A DNA stretch of 64,000 nt from NCBI RefSeq assembly GCF_009914755.1, contig NC_060930.1, one strand, 5' to 3'. Numbering within the stretch: the stretch's first letter is position 1; the number at the start of each line of letters is the position of its first letter. A program made the position numbers and the translations under genes. Shown here in pieces: positions 1 to 14,012 of the stretch. The stretch is from the human T2T-CHM13v2.0 reference genome, Homo sapiens. The notes beneath the pieces were generated by a model. That model ran no database searches. It was not told the DNA's origin and saw only the letters and a list, made by a program, of their open reading frames with translations.

Positions 1-174
1 CTTTACTTGCCTCAGAATAAGTTCACCTTCTCTCTATCCTTTAGTTTCCTTATTTGTAAAACAGGGATAATATCCCCTAGCAATTTTGGAATGATAAGGT
101 AGACTGATACATGTGAAGCACTTAGACAATACCTATAACATTGTATGCTCTCAATGGTTATTAGCTACTCTTGT

Positions 175-1030
175 CCTTCACTCATTTAACTATGTCAGGC
201 TCTGTTATAGGCACTCCAGGTACATCACCGAACAAAACAAAACAGATATAAATTTCTGCCTTTATAATGCAGTGAAGCTTACATTGCAGTGACAGCATAT
301 AGAAAATAAAATAAGTAACTTATGTAATATGTAGGCCATTAATAAGTTCTATGAAGAAAAATAAAGCAGAGACTGTGGATTGGGAAGGCTGAGATTGGAT
401 CAGGCCATCTTTTATAGGGTAGTCCAGGGAGGCATCACTGAAGGAGGGAGAAGAGTGAGCCATGTGCATACCTGGAGTAGCAGCATTCCAGGTAAAGAGA
501 ACAGCAGGAGCAAGTGCCCTGAGGCCAGAGCCTGCCTGGAATAGTCAAAGAACAGCAAGAGGGCCAGTATGGCTAGAGCAGAGTGAGAGAGGTGGAAGGC
601 AGTAAGTAGGAGATGTGGTCAGGAGGTAACAGGTGACCAGATTGTACAGGACCTCAAAGGGCTTTGACTTTTACCTTGAGTGACGTGAGAGTCATTGGAG
701 CTTTTAAACACAGGAGTGACAAGGCCTGAGTTACATTTTTATCAAAGCATCCTGACCACTATGTGAGAGTAGTTTTGATAGAGGAAGGGGCTGGGAGGGA
801 AGGCCAGAAACAGGGAGACCAAGTAGAAGACCATTTCTGAAATGTAGTCTTGGGATCACATTGGCTCTGACCAGGGTTGTTCAGTAAAGGAGGAAAAACA
901 CAGATGCTATAGATGCTTTAACAGAATTTCTGGATGATTTGAATGTGACATTTGAAATAAAGAGAGGAGTCAAGGATGACACTGAGGTTTGGGTCCTGAG
1001 CAGCTGCAAGTGTATTTCCATTAATGGAAT
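175..1030 (-). mobile_element. L2 remnant
   Basis: L2-like text (actatgtcaggc, agcattccaggtaaagagaacagc, gtcaaggatgac). Similar remnants at about 11600-12115, 19490-20250 and 23570-24720. Confidence 0.6.
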
Positions 1031-2386
1031 CAGGGAAGACTTTCAGAGCAACGACTTAGAGAAGCAAAGAACAGAGTTGTTGTTATGGTTGTTCTTCCTC
1101 TTTCTTATTATTGTCATTATTGCTATAATGAGGGTAGTGTCATCAATCCTTTCCCCTTTATTCTCAGTCTCATCTTCTATCAGTTTTCTTCTTTTTCTAG
1201 CAGGTACTCAGTGACGGCACACCTATGCCATGATTTGATCAGCACGTTACATCTAGCTGCTCCCTTTTCCTACTGCGATCTAGTCCCACAGACAAATAAG
1301 TGGACACAGCACATCTCTTTCCCAGGCACATAACCTTGAATCTCCCCCTCTGCTTCTACAGTCACACCTTCTCGCTCTCACCACCACAGAAAACACCTGC
1401 CTTTTCTTCTTTTGGAAAAGACACTGGTCTTTGCTTTTTCTCATTTTAGCCATTTTTCTTCCTCTTACTACAATTTTTATTAATCCTTGCACCACTTCTT
1501 ACCCACTAACAATACTGTCTGCTCTCATTCCCATTAATTCTCCTATGACATCTCAATATCACAATAAATCTCCGAACCTTTCTTCCTGACTTATCCTTTA
1601 CCTTTGGTCCCAGTTACAACTCTTTGCAATAGGAAAAAGTCATTTGATGTCTGTGGGTCTGTTTGCTCCTCTGTAAAATAAAGGCATTAAATGAGATTAT
1701 TTCTAAAGATACTTTCAGCTTTAACTTCTGATCCAACTGATTCTGCGTTTAGCTCTTCAGTGATTTTTCATGTGTGGCAAGTTCCATTTCATTTCCTATT
1801 TCCTAACTCACTTTCAAATCTCTCCTTTCATTACTTTCTTATCATTTCCAAAGTCTTAACCACATTTTTCATCATTATTTCTTACACCAAGCCAAGTGAT
1901 TTTTACCACACCTTAATGATGGTCAAAAGAGAGTGTTTTGTGTTGTGTTTTACATTTTTCCTAATGCTGGCAAGCAGAATGATAGAAAGATAATGTTTCA
2001 AGTCTGAAAGAAAACCACCTCATTCAGACTTTCCTTCACCATGAATGAGATCTTCTCATGATTGCCTTTGAGAAATCCGTGATTGAAAAGTTTTGTTAAA
2101 CACCAGTGACAAGCAGCTAATGGCATAATATCTGCTTTGATTTTCTCAGACACACTCTAAGTTTTCATCCTCACTTCTCTGTGGTCCTTCACCTTTGACT
2201 TCCTTTATCATGTAACTGCCAATTTTGATCGTTTAATTGAAAGAGGAAGAGTGACAAGAAAAATAAACAATTTAGCTCAGTGGATTGCCCCCTTTACAAA
2301 TAAGGAAACAAAATTTGTCCTTCTAGATTTCAGACTAAGCTGATAACATTTTAAAAATCCTGTACAGAAAGGTCTTTTTAAATGCT

Positions 2387-2392
2387 TTTATT
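2387..2392 (-). terminator. Polyadenylation signal AATAAA (a second one at 2456-2461)
   Basis: tttatt on the + strand; upstream TGTA (2420-2423) and downstream U-rich tttctgtacaggattttt on the minus strand. Confidence 0.7.
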
Positions 2393-2762
2393 TGCCAAAA
2401 GTTTTGGGTGATTTTGAAATACATTAGACATCCCATTCATTGAGGAAAAAGACAGTTTATTCCAAAACATTCTTTAATAGTCCTAAACTGATTTTGTCTA
2501 TCAGAGCAAAAGGAACAAAGGTAAAAATCCACCTGAAAAAAGATCTTTGTATCATGGAAATTATGAAGCTGGATTTCTTAGACATTAAAGAAATTCACAG
2601 ACCCACATAGTTTAAAAATTTAATTTTTAAGATTAAATTTTCACAACACATTATGACTGTAAATGAGTTACCTGAATACCAATTATTACCTCTAGTTATT
2701 TTTAGCAAGGGAGCTGGACTTCACTTTACTTAATGCTAGCTTATAAATTTAACTTTGTAAAA

Positions 2763-2792
2763 TTATAGTGGAAATGTGTCCTGGCTAGCTGC
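2763..2792 (-). CDS. EPM2A: Alternative C-terminal segment AASQDTFPL* of the 317-aa laforin isoform
   Basis: Minus strand reads GCA GCT AGC CAG GAC ACA TTT CCA CTA TAA. Joined after E308 (4556-4558) it gives exactly 317 aa, matching my recollection of laforin isoform 2. Confidence 0.85.
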   Translation of the reverse strand, partial: AASQDTFPL

Positions 2793-4483
2793 CTCTGCCC
2801 AAAGCAAATGTCATCTCCCCTAAGTGCCACAGTTCTATCTCCCCGTCCTCTGAGCTCCACTGAAACTTACCTTGTATCCTTCTTGTCCCCCACGCCTTCT
2901 AAATAAGAGTCTCTTGCATCTATCAATATGTGTTTGTGGAAGAAAGGAAGGTGCAGAAAAATAAATACGCATCATAGTTTAATTAGGAAAGTAAGGGCTT
3001 TGAATCAAACCTAGCTTTGTATCTCACTTCATCTATTTATTCATCATGTGACAATAGACAGTTGAGTTAACCCTTCTGACCTTAGTTTCCCCATCTTTAT
3101 CATGGAGATAATGAGACCTTCTTCATTGGATATTGTGAAGATTAAACTGGATATGATTATATATCACCTTGCACATAGAGGCTCTCAATTAAAAAAACAC
3201 TTCTCTTTCTTCTATTCTAGCATATCATTCATGGTCCAATCCTGCATTACAGTTGGTTGAATGCAGGTCTGTTTCTAGGCAGCACATTTTTGAAGGCAAA
3301 GTTGTTCATCTCTGTATTTCCTGTAGAACCTAGGGTGATGAGCTGCATAGTCTGGAGGCACAGGAACTGCATATTATACTAAATTGAGAGCTGAGCCAGG
3401 ATGGCCAAGGCTGTGAAGCAATTATCCATGGATTTGGTCATTTGGGCTCTTTTGGTAGTATAGTTCCTCTCATGAATTTCCACTCTGGTCTTAAAACAGC
3501 CCATCATGTTTTTAAATTAGCTTGCACAAAATACAACTAATTTCCTAGATTCTTTGGCAACTGATCAGAATACTATTCTATGTCTCGCTATAGAAACTCC
3601 TGCAGGCATATTGACTATACCCTGAGAAAGACAAAACTAAATGCACTACATGATGCTGGGAAAACAAGTTGTGATGAAAACAGTGCTGAGTCAAATAAAT
3701 ATAGATTATTAACTCCAGCTTGCCCTTGACTGGTCATGAGACCTTGGACAAGCTACCTATGCTCATTAAGCCTCAATTTAACTTCTTGACATCTCAACTA
3801 TAAAAAACAAGGGTATTTTTTGCTTTGTTTGGTAATTTTGAGGAAAAACAACAACAAATGAGAGATAATTCTACTTTAGTTGTTACACAGGGTTGTTGGG
3901 TAGAGAAGGAAGGTGATGCCTTGGAACAGACTTTAACAACTGTGAGGCAGGATAAAAAACAAGTCCTGAAAGCCATCACTTTTTGACCATAGTGAGCTCT
4001 TCTTTTGTAACGGTTCAGGCTTCTAACCTTATTTCCTCCTTTGGCAACTGACCAGCTCACGCACACATACTAGTGATGAAATCCACATAACTCCATATCT
4101 TTTCCTCTACATGGCCAAGAGTTTCAGTGCAACAGGAAAGTGCTGTCACGGATCCATCGTGCAACACATACAGTGCTGTAAAGCAAAGGCCTCGTCTGCC
4201 TGCAGGCAGCAGGAACTGCACGCATTACCCTTCTGTCTGATGTACAGCCTAACTGCTTCGTGCTTCTTCTCATGTGTTGAGCCACAGCTTTCTTGTAGAG
4301 TATTTCAAAAATACAGCCCCAAAACAAAGCATAATCGAAAGTCATCCCAGGTGAAAGTGGTTGGCTTGGGGGAGGTCACACAGTCCTTTCAGTTCAGGTA
4401 GAATCCTTGTTTCTAGGTCATTTGACCAACATCATCCCAGGCTCCTTAGGGAAATCAGGAGGGGGCAGAAGCAGGCTGACCAG

Positions 4484-4924
<441 letters not shown>

Positions 4925-7398
4925 TTACAATCTGCTAATAGCAAAGTGGAAAGAGCATTCCAGAGGCCAGAGGCTCTCTCTAATCCTTCCCTGGGTATTG
5001 CTGCTCCTTTGGGTGACTTCGCCATCCATGCAAATATCCCTCCAAAGAAAAGTGACCTATCGCCTGTCATCAGAATGCACTTTCACATGAAGTTTTTGCA
5101 GAGATTGGTCAGAATTTTAGAGGATTCAAAAAAAAAAATAGTTGTCAGGTCTGGCCACCTGAATTTCAGTAAATCCAAAAGTATCTTCCAGCTAAATGTA
5201 AAACACAGAAGCGGCCCATAATAGTTAAAGGAATCAATCTGTTCATTCAACATACACTCATTTTCATTTGTTCAATGGAATGGCTAACATCATTCGATAC
5301 AGATGGATAACCAATTGTTCATTTATTCCCTCGAGATACAATGAATACTAAAACTGATTTAATTTCTATATTTTCAGGAAATTTTATAATTTGGGGTTTA
5401 CTTCAAGGTTACCATTTTGATTATTAGATTATTCAAATATCTTCTCAACACGCCAGGAGAGGACACGTTATGCCCTGCTGAGGCCTGGTAGACTCTGCTC
5501 CGCTCTCTCATCCCGTGGGACAGAGAAGCGCCCCACAGTCACTTCCTTGAGCTCCTGGATGCCTGAAGTTTCTCCTGCTCACAGGTTCTCAGTACAGAGA
5601 TATTTTGTAAGTTGGGTTTTTTGTTTGTTTTCAGCGGGTGATCAATGTAAATTATTTCAAAGGGAAAGGAAGAGGGAAATGAGAAAGCCCTCTTTTGAGG
5701 GCTCATGACTTGGCATTCTCTAGCTACAGGAACACAGTGGCCCGAAAGGATCCTCCGACGGTCACACACAAGAGTCCTTTGTGGCTTTCACGTTGCCATC
5801 CTTATTGGATGACCAAAGAGATGGGAACACCCCTCCCTCGAAAGATTTCACCTGGGGATCTGCCGTGAGGCCCAGAATTCTCCCATGACAGCCACTCCCA
5901 TGTTTAGACTTCCCTCTTTAGATGTCCTTTGGTGAAATACAAGTGCCCCTGAAGGAGCCAACACAACACACTGAGATGAGGCATCAGCACCTGAGAAGGA
6001 CAGAGTTTACCAAGGACCACAGTGTGGCTTGAAAGGCCTCTCAGTGGCCATTCCACCCAGCCAGGCATCATCCTCAGCTTCAGGCTCATCAAGCTCTGAG
6101 AAGGAGCAGAGTCCACATGGAAGCCAGGATAATATTCTAATTTTGTTGCTGGAGCTCTGTTAACCCCCTAGTGAAGAGATCTAAGACTGCATGCTCCACA
6201 CAGCAGTTTAGAACGTTTGTACCTGGAATGCCTTCCGGCAGGGAGGACACGGTTTCAGTTCCTTGAGCTCCATCCTTCTCTGGCCTGTTGCCATACACTG
6301 TTGTTCCCTGCCTGGTCCCCAAGGGCATTTGTATTAGAGTTACCAGCTTCTATGTATATCTGATTCCTCATAGTCCAAACTGAACCATGAACTTTAACCC
6401 ATCTAAACCACCACACCTGATTCCACGGCACCGTGAGATTACAGCGAGGTGGGTCTGCCACTCAGTTACTCATGGTGCCCTCCTAGAGGCACTAAAATAT
6501 CACTGGAGATGCAACAGGATGGTGAGAGCATCATGTGTGACAGCAAGATGTCTCAGCATGTCTCAGGGAGAGCACTGCATGGCAGATCCACTATTTGCGC
6601 TGGGGGATCAGAGGACCAAAACCTCCAATGTATGATGGATCAGCCCTGCTGAGAATGGAGAGGCCTGCTCCACTGTGGGGCTTCTGTTCTGCTGAGGGTA
6701 TGAGGGGTTCACTCCAGGGAAAGCTGGGTGGGAGGAGAACTCTGCTGCTCGAGCTGGAAGCGTAGGTTCTTCCTGCTCCTGCCACAGCTAGCATCACATG
6801 GCAAGCTCCCTGCTGTGCCTGTCTCTCCAGATACTATGTGCCTTGGCAGGAAACAAAAAAGAATCATTTAACGTAGGTTCAGGCTTGCCTCAGATGCCCA
6901 GTATGTGAATAGCCCACAGTGGTCATTTGCAGTAGGAGCTGCTGGACTCAGAATCCCAGCCCCTGGCACTCGGTGCATACAACATCAGTGTAACCAGCCT
7001 GCAAACAAGATCTTCCCTGGTCCCAGTCAAGATCCCTTCCCCAGACCTGTTCTCTGGCCAGAGGTTCCCCTAGGATGGGTCTGCACCAAATAGCACAAAT
7101 GATGCAATACATTCCCCTTTTCATTTTATGTGTAAAACATTCTTCAAGAGGTATGTACACAGTTTAGAAGTTAAAAAGGGGCATGTGTTAGTTTGAGGTT
7201 CTGTGATCTCAGGCACACACTCCTGAAAGGTACATGTCAGCTAACATGCAGAAGCTCCCAAGGCTCCCAGCCTCACACAGATTTCAGCATTGGGCACAGC
7301 CATCAGTGATCTTCTCCCGGAATCACTCAACCATTGCACTGAAGAATGAGCAAATGTTTAATCAACATAAAGAATAAATACTTAAGAAGGGTATCAGA

Positions 7399-7687
7399 GG
7401 CCAAGCGCGGTGGCTCATGCCTGTAATCCCAGCACTTTGGGAGGCCGAGGCAGGTGGATTGCCTGAGGTCAGGAGTTCGAGACCAGTCTGGCCAACATGG
7501 TAAAACCTCATTTCTACTAAAATTAAAAAAAAAAAAGCCAGGCATGGTGGTATACACCTGTAATCCCAGCTACTCAGGAGGCTGAGGCAGGGGAATTGCT
7601 TGAACCAGGGAGGTGGAAGTTGCTGTGAGCCGAGATTGTGCCACTGCACACCAGCCTCTGGGAGAGAGCAAGACTCCATCTAAAAAA
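7399..7687 (+). mobile_element. AluS
   Basis: Dimeric Alu; 15-bp TSD aagaagggta(t/c)caga (7384-7398 / 7686-7700). Confidence 0.95.
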
Positions 7688-8915
7688 GAAGGGTACCAGA
7701 GAAGTAGCTGGTCCAGGGTGCCCACTCATCTCAGCCTGGCCACAGCTGGAGGCCTGGTTTATTTTGATCTCCTGTGACTACAAATCACCCGCTTTGGTTG
7801 ATGGTAGATAACATTTATTGAGCCCTTTCTACCTTCCCAGCACTCTCGTAAGCATTTTACATGCACTAGCCCATTTACAACCACCTCTTAACAACTATGA
7901 GGTCAGCACTGTTGTGATCTTCAATTTATATATGAACAAATTGAGCACAGACATTTGCCCAAGGTTATTCCTTAAGTGGCCACTCAAACTCAGCCAGTGT
8001 GACTCTGAAGCCGCAGGTCTTAACCACTGTACTGTGGTCCTTCCCTAATCCACCTGGTTAATGGTATTTGTTGGCCCCCATCTTGTCAATCTGGATTCTC
8101 AGTCAGTCCCTCTGCACTCACTTACCAGCCCATGCTGCTGCTCTTACCCTGGGTGAGAATAATGTCCTCCTTGAGGATTAACACCTCTGCCCCACCCTAG
8201 AGGAGCCCTCTCAAAAGGACCATGTCTCTCTGCTTGAAACCCATTCTAGGAAGTCTAACCTAATATGTGACCCACTAAGGAATAAAAAGAGGGTCCCCAG
8301 GAAGGTTCATCTTGATGTACCCAGCTCAACAAAGCCAGTGTCAACCAGAGCAGCTATAGATAGGCTCCACATAGAATTTAATTTGATAAGACATTTCCAT
8401 TCTTAAAAACAATAAAACCTCAAGAAAAGACAGAAATCCAGATCTTTTAACATAAAGTATTCCAAACTTTAAATGCTGACAACTAAGTTGAAAAACTGTA
8501 AATCCTTTGCAGGTCAAACAAGACATTCTACCCTCTGAGTTTCTGACTCTGTAATTTAATACAGGCCCTAGTTCTCAGTAGATGCTCCATACACACTCAT
8601 TAAGTCCATGAATAAACACAAGACTAGAAAAACAGCAATAAAAGCCTATTTGATCTGAGACACTACTAAGCACTTCTAGCCTAACCTGTGGTTCACACCA
8701 GCTCCAGGCTAATCTGACTCTGGACCAACCAAAAGCTTCCTGAAAGCACTATTGAGCCAGCCAAGGTTGTGAGGAGAGGGAGAGGTAGAGCATTTGGGCA
8801 GGTAAGTCAAGTAGCCTGAGGTATTAGGGCCTGAGATAAAAGAGAGGGGTCAAAAGGCCCTAAAGATATGCTTTATCCAAGGTTGATCCTGAAAGAAATC
8901 TGCAGCTTTCAGCCT

Positions 8916-8916
<1 letters not shown>

Positions 8917-8962
<46 letters not shown>
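8917..8962 (+). repeat. Compound microsatellite (CT)n(CA)n in intron 3
   Basis: Seen directly. Confidence 0.97.
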
Positions 8963-8963
<1 letters not shown>

Positions 8964-11900
8964 TTCCTTTCTTACTCCAGGAGCAGATATATGATGAATA
9001 TATTATGTGGGGGGCATATTTTTTTCCATCTTTGAAGTGTAATATAGATAGGATCTACATTATCTATAACATCCTTTGGTAGAAACTTAAAGACTTGGAA
9101 CTAATCCTACAATTCCAACTTTGTGATTTTCAAAGCCCTTTCATATCAATTATCTTATTCTACTGTTATAGTCCTGTAAGGTGGAAATTACTATCCTCAT
9201 TTTCTTAATGCAGGAACTAGCCTGCCGATATCCTCCCAGCTACCCAGTGGTGACAAGGCTTACGCCCAGTTGTCTTGGCTCCAAGGTCAGCATTTCCGTG
9301 CAATGGGAGAGCCGAAATCAGTGTGTTGAGCAAGGGAAAGGAAGTCAGACTTTGACAACAGAGGGGTAGCTGAGGACTTCATGAAGCCTGTGAACTCATT
9401 TGGGAGGCAAGGGTAGACATTTGTTATAAATAGTGCTGCAGTGACAGAGGTCAAAACACAACCTGAATACCTTCTATGCAAAGAAAATTTTAACGAGCAG
9501 ATTTGTTTCATTTTGTTTTGTTCAGGTGAGTGTTAGATTTGGCAGATTTTCATTCCCTAGGTGAAAGACACAAACCAAAATGTTTATAAAAGATTTTTAA
9601 AAAAAAGAAATCTACACCACCATTCCACATATGACAAAAGCATGCAAGAGTAAGGATCGATCACACGATTGATTATAACAGGTCTGTGACAACTAGCGGT
9701 GACAGTCAAGCCTAACAAACTGTCTTCTTTCTCAGACTTCAACTGAGAGCATTATGCTGCAGCTCAAAACACTTCCAACTGGGTTTTTCTCTAGAGTTCT
9801 AAAAATATTCAGCTGATTAATCTATGTGTTCATTGGGCTAATACTGTGAGCCACAGACATTGGTCTATTGGTAAAAAGTTCCCCTGCCACTCAGAAGTGG
9901 TTATTAACCCTTAGATTACACCCCCAGGTTAGGCCAAGCCAAAGAAATCCATTAGTCGGTCTTACAGCTGGGCCTTTATCACGTGGAAGCTTGCATTTTG
10001 CAGCTCAAATGCCGCTGCACTGTCTCAGCCTGAAAGAAGCTATGCTACTGCACTAACAGTTACGACTGTGACCTGGTAACCCACTGACCGCAAAAAAGGT
10101 TCGTGAACACAACTACAATGGGTCCTTGGGGATACAGTTTTCCCTCAGGCTTCTGCAGAGTCCCAAACTATCAAGCAAATTACTATCTGTCAGCAGAGCC
10201 TTCAGGTAATCAGTGTGTGGGTTGGGATGGGATGGCGGGGGATGCGTGGCACAGTTGGCAGCCTAACTTCTCCCAGCCTCGTCTCACATCATTCTCCAAC
10301 AGGATAACAATGCTGTCAAATCAGATTCAGAGATGCTAACATCAAAATGCTCTCTGGAAGCTACAGTCCTTCAAATCCTAACTATCTTCTCTGTTTTGAA
10401 ACCAGGAAAACCAGCTGGACAAGGTAAATATCACCTGGATTCAACCAATGTGCATCTTCGCAAATGAAGTTTTTCTTTTTTTCTTCCTTGAAGAAGGGCA
10501 GAGCTCTTACAGCTAAATCATGCTTCCTTAGGTCAGGTTACCAAGAGGAATAACCAGACTGTCAGCAGCTCTCTCCACCTTCAGGAACAAACATTATACC
10601 CCATCCCCAATGGCAATTCAGCTCAGACACAGATCAACAAAGGGGCCCAGCCTGGCCAGGAGGACCACCTGAGATCCATAAAGGGCTGAGGTGGGCAAGG
10701 TCCAGAAACGTAGATTTCCTGTGGTCCTCATGGTTTTTTATCTTGCAGACCATTCACTCTTGGGGAGACAAGCTACTCCCCTTGCAATTTGTAGGCTCTG
10801 CCTAACTCCAGATGATCATGAACATAAGGGGTTGAAATTGCATGGGTCTGAAGAACCTGCCTGAAGCGTCTGTGTAAGAATGCAGGGAGAAGCTTCATAG
10901 CTGGTAAAGTTGCTGTCTGGAGCAATGTTCTGGGTCCGACTGCCAGCCTTGAAATTCAGAATGGGCCTCTTTTTAGTTCTATGACATGGGCAATAACTTT
11001 TTCATGCCTCAGCCTCTTCGTCTGCAAAATAGAGACAGCTACAATATCTGCCTGGAGTCTTATTATGAGAATTAAATAAGCTAATTCTTGTAAATTGCTT
11101 AGGAGAGTGTTTTGTACATAATATACATTTGGGGGAAGAGGGCTAAAGATAGAAACGTCTCTGAGCTGGATATCACTGTCCTTTCCCCAGCAGAGGAGGT
11201 CATCAAACTCCTTAGCCTCTCCCATTTCCGAAGCTCTCTGCTGCCCCCTGCTGACAGCTGCTTGATACTATCGGTGTAACTTGGTTCTCTCCTCTGCCGA
11301 CTGTAGTTATCTCTACTCCTCTTCGACAAGTACCCTATTCTACAACCAGGCTAAAATCCCTATCATTCCTCTAAAATTCCATGCTTCTGTGCCATAGCCT
11401 GTGCTGCTGCTTCCCCCTAGCATGCCCTTTCTCCCTCCACATCTACCTATCAAAGCCATGCCCACCTCAAGTGCCATGGCATTCACGCAGCCTCCCTTTG
11501 TCGCTCCCCAGAATGTGCTCTTCCCATGTATAACCCTCCTCCAGCACGGTCCTCACTCCTCTCTTACCCATTCCCCTCTGTGCTGTAATTAGTGTCGAAC
11601 TCGTCTTACTCTACAACTGCTTCTTCCTGCTATAGGATAGCGTCTAAAGTCCTTTTTGTCGCTCAAATCCTGCAGGATCATCTTTCCTCGTTCTCTGATC
11701 CAAGCCACATTGGTCTTTCAGTTTTTGCAACACTCTGTGCTCTCTCCTGCCACAAGGATTCTTCTAAGCTGCTGCTTCTGCCTGGGTCACTCCCTCCACT
11801 CACTCTTCCTCCAGCCCACCCTCAGATCTTAGCCCAAACACTACTTTCCAAGAAAACCCTCTTTGACCCCACTTCTTGGCCTGATTACCTGTACATAATC

Positions 11901-12221
11901 TCATAGCAATATCTATATATTTTCTAACAAAAAATTCATCATAGTTTTAAACTTCTATTTTTAGTCATTTGATTAACATTTGCCATCCCTATAGGACAAT
12001 GCGCTCCGTGGGGGCAGAAGTTGTGCCTGTCTTTCTTTACTGCTGTGTTCCTAGCTACTAGCATAATGCCGCATACCCAGTACATACACAATAAATATGT
12101 GTTGAATGAATAAACAAAGAAGCCACATTAAACAGAATCTTAGCCACAGTGTCAAAACATATGTATTATATATATTAAATCTAAAATCTTATATTTATTC
12201 CATTTCTACCATTCATTTTTA

Positions 12222-12569
<348 letters not shown>

Positions 12570-13226
12570 CTATCACTAGTGTTGTTCTGATTTGAGGTTT
12601 AAGGAGCTGCATAAAACATGTAGTATTAAAATATAACTAACCTTTAAGTCTGGCACAGGAAAAGCTAGATATTTTAGAATATGAACACCAATGTTATTAT
12701 TGAAAGAAAAAGTACTGGTGTTGCTGCTTTGGGGAAAGCAAGTATTTCAATTAACTAGAACGCCAGGAAATGGACATTTGCAAACCAAATCAAGCAATAT
12801 ATTAAAATAAGTCTACCAAGTTGTACTTATTCCATGAATGCATATATGGTTCCACATGATAAAAATCCATCAATAGACTTCAAATGCTAACAAATTAGAG
12901 GTGAAAATTCCTGTAATTATATAAATAAATTCTGAAAAACAAATTTCAGCAGGCATTCCGGTTTAAAAGTCTATGTAAATATTTCAAATAGTATGAGACT
13001 TTTAACATATGCTAAAGAACAGAAGCTAAAAAACAACAGACTTCTTTTAATAAGATCAGAATCAACATTAATTCCATTAGTACCTAGCAGTGTTCTATAG
13101 GTTTCATCTAATGCTGCAAGGTAAGAAGGAGAAATAGCAATATAGTTTCCTTTTGGAAATTATCATTGAGGTTTATTATAGAAAAAAATAATGAAATGAA
13201 AAAGTTAAAAACTCAGAAAAATTTTA

Positions 13227-13561
<335 letters not shown>

Positions 13562-13703
13562 TTATTCTCTCCTGTAGGGTAAGCAGAACTGAAGTTTTAG
13601 AAAGACAGTGGTGGATCTTCATTAGGGAACTGGGCAATTGGCTTCTCATGTTAACAATGTTGACAACAACAGCCAAAAGGAAAAATGTAAAAACCAAAAA
13701 AGA

Positions 13704-14012
13704 AGCTGGCGCAGTGGCTCACGCCTGTAGTCTGGCACTTTGGATGGCTGAGGCGGGGATTGCTTGAGGCCAGAAGTTCCAGACCAGCCCAGCCAACATG
13801 GCAGAAACCTCGTCTCTAGTAAAATTACAAAAATTAGCTGGGCGTGGTGGCACACACCTGTAATCCCAGCTACCTTGAAAGGCTGAGGCCTAAGAATTGC
13901 TTGAACCCAGGAGACAGAGGTTGCAATGAGCCAAGATCACACCACTGCACTCCAGCCTGGGCGATGGGGCAAGAACCTGTCTGAAAAAAAAAAAAAAATT
14001 AAAAAAAAAAAA
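13704..14012 (+). mobile_element. Alu (J/S)
   Basis: Dimeric Alu consensus with polyA tail. Confidence 0.92.

Larger units (their letters stand above)
2372..4483 (-). other. EPM2A: EPM2A 3' UTR (~2.1 kb; 3' end approximate)
   Basis: Runs from the stop codon to the polyadenylation signal; contains MIR/L2 remnants near 2990-3340. Confidence 0.75.

Noticed and set aside
9650-10100. Non-repetitive intron 3 stretch with E-boxes (CACGTG 9980-9985, CAGCTG) as a possible enhancer
   Set aside because: Short motifs alone are insufficient without conservation or chromatin data.
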